A stretch of DNA of 64,000 nt from Eledone cirrhosa (taxonomy: Eukaryota): contig OZ024746.1 in assembly GCA_964016885.1 (NCBI GenBank), positions 88,784,001 to 88,848,000 on the forward strand, written 5' to 3'. Below the pieces are notes generated by a model that made no database searches, was not told the origin of the DNA, and was given only the letters and a program-made list of their open reading frames with translations. Positions 56,921-64,000 of this stretch are shown piece by piece. Each line of letters opens with the position of its first letter. Positions within the stretch are counted from its first letter, which is position 1. The translations under genes and the position numbers were made by a program.

Positions 56921-57974
56921 TGAAATATAATTCACCCTATTACATACATATGCGTCTCATCACTGTAATCAAGGAAATAAACAGCGTTTCTAAACATATG
57001 TATAATAATTTAATGGTATTCAGTAATACCCCTGTGAAAATGATTCTGTTGATTCGATAAATTGTGTATACAGATTTGACAGACATTGTTGCACACCGAT
57101 AGGCAGACACGTGACACATCATGAATAGATCTTCTGAATCAAGTACCTGTTTTTCCTTACCTATAAGTTTATTTAAGTTCTCTGAAAGCATAATACACTA
57201 TTGACAAATAATATGCAATGTGCAGTAGAGCATGCTGTATCAATAGTTCCCCGTACATTTTGTTTTCTTGCTTTCATTCATCATCAACATATTATAACAA
57301 TGAATCATATTGCAAAATGTAGTAAAGGAAAAAAATACCATTTTTCTTATAAAAGATACAGATCAAATATACAATTCGTAAGATGATGTTTACAGAGTTA
57401 AATATAATGATGTTGTTGTCTTTGAAATAAGAGAAACGAAATAAATAGTAGAGAAAACAAAATCGATTTTCCTTATTTTTAATATGAAATTTGAAACTAC
57501 AACCCTAACAGATATATGTTTCGTTGATTCTTCATGGTACATGCGACGATTTCTCAGAACTTTTGATGGTAAATTGTAATAGAAATGGCGACAATCTTGT
57601 CGATAATTTTACTGTGAGGTAGAAAGACTATACGTTTTGCGGAAATACATAGATAAGCGATATTTCTACACTTTGCTAGGAAATCCAATTATTAAAGTTT
57701 TGTGAATATTAAATTATGTTTAGTTTGTCAAAGTTTACATGTTTTGTATTTCGTATTTCAAGGGAGATACATAGAGATAGTGAATAAGTTGAAGAGAATG
57801 GAAAAGAAGCAGATAAATTTCAAACAGCAATGGATGCTTTATAAATGTTCTCACCTGCAGTGATGCAATTAGTAACACCTGATGACAAGTTGCAGCAAAC
57901 GCGTAAGATATGAAATAACATTATACCACAGAATAAAAGAAAGAGCTAGACTAAGAATTATGTGCCAAAGAATA

Positions 57975-58490
57975 TAATAAAATGACGCAAAATGTCTATA
58001 TTTGGACTCGTACAAAATGTCCTCTTTATTCAATTTGTTAATGTTATTTGGGGACATGCTCATACAGTAGAATCCCCATTTAAATATATAATTAATAGCT
58101 ACCGAGTGCATTTGTTTCATGAGTGTCAGTTTCAAATTATCTCTTGTATTGCAGAATATATATGTATGAAAACACGTTAGAGCTTGTACCTTAGTGTATT
58201 TAGTTTTCTATATGTACACGTAGGTGGGTTTTACAAATGTATATTATTTTATTTAGAATGTAGAAAAAGGCTTCTTTATTCAATTTGTTAATGTTATTTA
58301 TGGAAATGCTCACACTAAAGAAGTCTTATTTTAATATATAATTATGGGTACAGAGTGCAATGTTTTCATAAGTGTCAGCTTCAAAGTATCTCTTGTATTG
58401 CTGATAAGTCTGTCTTAAAAAAAGTTAAGCAAATACTTTTTTCTATTTAGTTTTGTAACCGTAGGTGGTTTTCAGAAATGTATATAGTGT
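57975..58490. repeat. Diverged tandem duplication, ~250-bp unit
   Basis: tctttattcaatttgttaatgttattt...tgtcag(t/c)ttcaaa...cgtaggtgg...aaatgtatat at 58023 and 58273. Confidence 0.8.
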
Positions 58491-58669
58491 TCAACATATC
58501 CAGTATCACTGAACAATGAGGTTAACGTGTATCAGTTAACCATGAGTTATTTATCAACAATTTGACTCCTTGATAATTGCGAAGCCATTTTTTTTCCACT
58601 AGGAGAATTCATCTGTAATTCAGGAAAGTGTTGTGCAATTTATGTTTACAAGCCGAAATTGCCTTAGCC

Positions 58670-59587
58670 GTATAGACATTGCATTACCCGTATAGCAAGC
58701 CAAATGATACGCTTAATTACATAATTAAGAATTCTAACCATCCTGCCAGCATAACCAAGAACCTGGTAAGAAATGTTTCTTTGAGGCTTTCCCGTCTATC
58801 TACTAACGAGCATATTTTCAACGACCATTCCGCATATTATAATGAAGATATTGCTCGGAGTGGATTTGTCGATAAGGTAGCATATACAGGGTACGAGAAT
58901 AGACATAGAAGAAATAGATCCTGACTTATTATATGGTATAACCCACCATATAATATGGAGGTGGACACACCATTAGCTAAGATCTTTCTCTCCCTTATTA
59001 TGAAGCATTTTCCCTCTACACACAAATATAGGAACATTATTAATAGAAATACTATTAAAATGTCTTATTCTACGGATCCTAACCTTGCACATAACATCAC
59101 AGCTTCAAATTTAGCTAAACTACCTAGCCGTAGGAACACGTGTAACCCTGTAGTTAGTACTTACTGTAATTGTAGGAATCGGGTCGACTGCCCCCTATCC
59201 TGGAAATGCCTCTCTAGTAACATTGTCTACAAATGTAAGGTTGAAACACCAACGTCCCGTAGGGCCTACATAGGGTTAACCGCCAATAGATTCAAGCGGC
59301 ATTTTTACATGCATACCCATTCTTTTCGTTACCCTTTAAGAAGGAATATGACGTTACTTTCAGCTTATATCTGGACTCTAAAAGACATCCACACCCAATA
59401 TGAGCTACACTGGGAGATCCTAGCTTTGGCTAGATTGTATAACGGAAATAAAAATATATGTGACCTCTGCGCCGCTGAGGCCCTGTACCACATCTTAAAC
59501 AAAGAATCTGAGGCAATTTCGGCTTGTAAACATAAATTGCACAAAACGTTACTGTATTACAGCCCCACAGTATATCCTAACGGATAG
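58670..59587 (+). pseudogene. 5'-truncated Hydra-clade-like PLE ORF (thumb, CxC linker, GIY-YIG)
   Basis: PYSKPNDTLNYIIKNSNHPASI..LSRLS, IWYNPPYN, KHFP..INRNTIKMSYS, YCNCRNRVDCPL..CLSSNIVYKC, AYIGLTANRFKR, CDLC, CKH; one in-frame TGA at 58922. Confidence 0.9.
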
Positions 59588-60343
59588 TACGAACTATACG
59601 CGGATATTTTACGTCTTGGTGTGGTACCTAAGTATGTGTTATGTTTATACCATTACTTATTTGTATAAATCTGCAGATACTCCACCCTGATTACCCTTCA
59701 GATTTATGTCTGTGGTTATTGGGGCACTCGGATATGTTAGTAACTGCTTCAATACAAATCTTGAGAAGCTAGGCTTCACAGGAAACGAAAGAACACACCT
59801 AGTTAGGAAATTACAAGTACACTCCGTTAATGGAACAATAAAAATATGTAAAACATTCCAAACATTTTGCTTCTAATACATGTACATATACTATGCATAT
59901 ACACATGCACACATACAACTCAAAATATACACATCCACACATACAATAACATCCAAATCTACACATGTATGCATACATACATTCATACATAACTACTTAG
60001 TTGATGTTGTGTAAATTCCGTCGAGAGAGTCTTGTGTCTATGTTAGAAACCGACTCTTTCTCTATTGGCAAACATTTGTGAAAAAAACAGAACGACATAC
60101 ATACATACAAATGTGTGTATATATATACACACATACATACATACATGATTGTTGTAATCTCTCCTAACAGTATAGATTGTCAGATTGACGGGTTTCGTTT
60201 TACACCGCAGGGTGTCCAAAATCACTCTCCTCACCAAGCAAGTTTGGTGGGATACAGGTTTCAGACACTGACGACCCGGCCACGTAAACATACAGATATA
60301 TATATAAATATATATATATATAACACACACACAGTCACACACG

Positions 60344-60380
<37 letters not shown>

Positions 60381-60382
60381 TC

Positions 60383-60415
<33 letters not shown>

Positions 60416-60617
60416 TAAAAAAATAATGAATAAAACAATGAAACAGTTCCTTATATTAAACAAAAAAAGTTCATTATTTAACGATCGTTTCTAGGATATA
60501 TATGTGTTAGAATTGGCATGCATATTCAACAGATCTATGTACAAAATTATACAAAATCATACAAACTATCAAAATTAAATATACATACCAAACACATATA
60601 TATGCCGTCTTCAGAAA

Positions 60618-60649
<32 letters not shown>

Positions 60650-60652
60650 TTT

Positions 60653-60686
<34 letters not shown>

Positions 60687-60712
60687 GTAAATATGTACAT
60701 ATATATATACAC

Positions 60713-60814
<102 letters not shown>

Positions 60815-61772
60815 TACGCATGTCTTATTTCACATGTAAATCAAATATATGTCTATGTTTAATAGTAAATCCCACTTATTTGAGGATTATACGTTTTTAC
60901 ATCTTTTGAATGATTTATGAATATATGAGAAATAACATTAGCAACGTCAGTATTCTACTTTGTATGTAAATGAATATGGAGAGTATATTGATTTTATATA
61001 AGTATGTAAGTATATGTTATTCAAATGACGTACAAGGTATTATTCATGAAAAACATATAAATGAAAAAAAAACACTCTTACGATAAATCGATATATATCT
61101 TATCATAAAAATAAATGAATGAGAGATAAGATAATTAAATAAACAAGCATTTGTAATAAATTATAAAATAAAAAATACGCTATATACAATGACAAAAAAG
61201 GAGATTGTTTTTTACGATAACGTGATATAGATAATGGTGAATACTTGTATTAATTAAAATTAATATGTGTATACATAAGCAGTTCCAAATAGAAGAAAGT
61301 AAACAAAATACAATGTGAACAAGTTGCTGTTTGTTACATGCAATTACACAAACCCAAGATAATATTATATGATTAGAATAATGTAACAACATGAGTTCAT
61401 AGGCAATAAATACAAGATGTATGTGCTTCATTTTGTTTACATGTAAATACAATTAAAAGCAGTATATATATAATTAAATGAAAGCATTAAGAGGCTATAT
61501 CGGAAATAATATAATTATACCGATTTAAAAATGATTCAATTATTCATGTTAAGTGGAAACTAATATTATGAATTACGACGAATGAAACTGTATGTGTATT
61601 CAATAATGAGAGTCCAAATATATTTACAATAGAAATGTGATATAAGTTAGATTATTATCGTAGACATTAAAAAATTACACTGTATTATTTGATTGCACTT
61701 TTTCCCCTTTTCCTTAGTCGCCACAATTCCCCTCTCTTTCCATCTCTCATTATATATATATATATATATATA

Positions 61773-62436
61773 TATACGAGGTGGGTCAGAGAAGTTCCAG
61801 GACTGATGTCACAAAAGATTTATTTCAAACCCAAACTTCACACTAAGAGCTTTCCCCTTCAAAGTAATCTCCCTGTAGTATGTAACTGTAATCTTAGCTC
61901 TCTGCAGCGGTCAAACTTTTTTCTTCATAATTGTATATACATGTCCTCTGTTCAGGTCGTCAAGTAATGAGCACAGAGCAACGAACAAACTTGAAAACTC
62001 CGTCAGAAGCACTGGGATTGTTGCAGCAAGTGTATGGAGATGAGACGATGTCACGTTCATGTGTTTTTGAGTGGTGCAAGAGCTTTAAAGAAGGAGGCGA
62101 GGACGTGGAAGTTGACCCCAGGAGCGGAAGGCCCTCGACCACCAGGACTGAGGTCAACGTTGAGCGCGTCAGACAGATGGTGCGTATCGAGCGTCCGGTG
62201 ACTGTTCGACTGATGGCAAATGAGCTGGGCATGAATAGGGACAGTCTGGAAGATTCTCACTGAAGATTTAGACATGCAGAAAGTCTGCCTGAAAATGGTG
62301 CCAAAACTGCTGAGCGATGACCAGAAGAGTCGACGCATGCAAGTGTGCCAGGACATCCTCGAACAATACTTGCTAGGGACACTCATCACCGGTGATGAGT
62401 CATGGATCTTCGAGTACGACCCGGAGGCGACCCGTT
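61773..62436 (+). mobile_element. Mariner (Tc1/mariner) transposon, 5' part with disrupted transposase
   Basis: TA-cgaggtgggtcagagaagttcc TIR-like start; HTH region QVYGDETMSRSCVFEWCKSFKEG..DPRSGRPST; MVPKLLS (WVPHEL-type); ITGDESWIFEYDPE (first catalytic D); frameshift near 62250; truncated at (TA)n. Confidence 0.9.
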
Positions 62437-62492
62437 TATATATATATATATATATATATAATATATGTAATCTGAGTTTTTCGAATATTAAA

Positions 62493-62663
62493 AATTGTTT
62501 CTACTTTTGGCACAAGGCCAGAAATTACCTAGTACATTACTGGTACTTTATTTTATTGACCCCCGTAAGGATGAAAGGCAAAGTTAACCTTGGCGGGATT
62601 TGAACTCAGACTATAAAAGACGTAACTCTTTGTTGCAAAGCATGGCGTTCGACCCTCTACCGA
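62493..62663 (-). mobile_element. SINE family A
   Basis: Colinear with the other copies. Confidence 0.85.
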
Positions 62664-62854
62664 ATTTAATAATAACATTCGCTTCGTTTGCAATTATGCA
62701 AACAAGCCTCAATTTTATTACCATGGCAATAGAATGAACCCTTCATTTTTGCTCTTATGTTGGCATGTGAACAAAACTGCAGACACTAATGTTTCTGGGT
62801 ATCATCCTTCATCAGTACAGATCACTGTTCACCTGCCACACTGCCATTATTCGC

Positions 62855-63000
62855 ATATAATTGTCGGGATTTTAGCGATATCTCTAAAGACACACTTCCA
62901 AAAGAAAATAAGTCTATTAACTATTTGTTCATATATATCCTCTTTGTCTCTATTTCTCTTTTCTCTGTTTCTCTATGCATATATATTAATAGACACACAT

Positions 63001-63060
<60 letters not shown>

Positions 63061-63366
63061 AGTAAGTATGTTTTGAAACAGTGAGCGAGTTTGAAATTAG
63101 GAAATATATAGCTTTCACCGTATTTTTAACTAAAGGAATTTTAGCTTGATAACGGGGTTTAGAACCCTCAGATAAATGGAAAAAGATGAGTATATACGGT
63201 GAAAGCTATATATATATATATATGTGTATGTATATATATTCTGAGATAAACAGAAACAGAGACGAAGAACATACATATGAAGATCAAATAGTTAATAGAC
63301 TTATTTTCTGTTGGAAGTGTGTCTTTAGAGACATCCCTAAAACCACGACAATTATATGCGAATAAT
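62855..63366. repeat. Nested inverted repeats (62855-62970/63243-63366; inner 63105-63123/63194-63212)
   Basis: attattcgcatataattgtcg...tctctaaagacacacttcca vs tggaagtgtgtctttagaga...cgacaattatatgcgaataat; inner tatatagctttcaccgtat/atacggtgaaagctatata. Confidence 0.8.
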
Positions 63367-64000
63367 TTAGCCCTTTTGTTCGAAGTTATATCCTCGCATA
63401 ATTATTTCTATACATCGCTGAATATGTGCAAAACATAGAAACAATATTTGCTCACGTAAATAATATTTCAATTAGTTCTTGTAAAAAAAATATTTCCATA
63501 GTTTCTTTTGTATTCATGTATTTTGAAATCCTGAGTGAACATTCCTTCTTTAAAAAAATTGTATATTTCCTAAAATTTCCATTAATTATAGAGTCCTACG
63601 CAGAATGTAATTTCCTGTCGTATATGAAATGTCAAATGTTATGTAGGAAACATATTTGCTGTGTTAACGTTTTCATATACTACTTGTATTGATTCATTTG
63701 TATCATTATTCATATTATTTCGTCTTTATAGGCGTATTTACTATTTACATTGACTAAGTGTTTCGTATGATAAGTACGTGCCTATAAATATTTAGTGGTC
63801 TCATTTTAATAGCAAAATACCTGGTTTGCTTTTATTTCTGCGCTATTCCACGTCATCTATCTACTCGGCGTTGTCTACCTCCTGCAACACCTCCTGCCCC
63901 CTCCCCCGACCTCATCATACTCATCACCATCATCATCGTCGTCGTCATCTTTGTCATCGCCAACATCATCATGATGGCGAGTATGGGACCCCGTTTCAGC

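Noticed and set aside
63880-64000. (cat/cgt)n tract that could encode poly-Asp or poly-His
   Set aside because: Short trinucleotide repeat at the window edge with no ORF support.

Overview
AT-rich, microsatellite-saturated eukaryotic non-genic DNA. The tRNA-derived SINE family resembles the common octopod SINE, so a cephalopod host is likely (inference). I found no host protein-coding exon I can support, and most ORF-track entries are translations of (TA)n/(CA)n/(CT)n. The window is dominated by Penelope-like retroelements (PLEs). The largest is a ~6.8 kb head-to-head fold-back (26.4-33.3 kb) whose right arm holds a 732-aa RT + Cys-linker + GIY-YIG ORF. There are also four Hydra-clade-like PLE fragments and many orphan pseudo-LTR (pLTR) pieces. 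At least ten type I hammerhead ribozyme (HHR) motifs from several unrelated families can be read by eye. Many have palindromic stem III, some carry the compensatory U3-A8 core, and several sit in short fold-back modules anchored in (TA)n tracts. Snap-back inversions recur at arm lengths from 20 bp to ~3.2 kb. Also present: seven copies of one SINE, a second SINE, decayed RTE-like and CR1/Jockey-like LINE fragments, and a truncated mariner transposon. All alignments and folds were done by eye.
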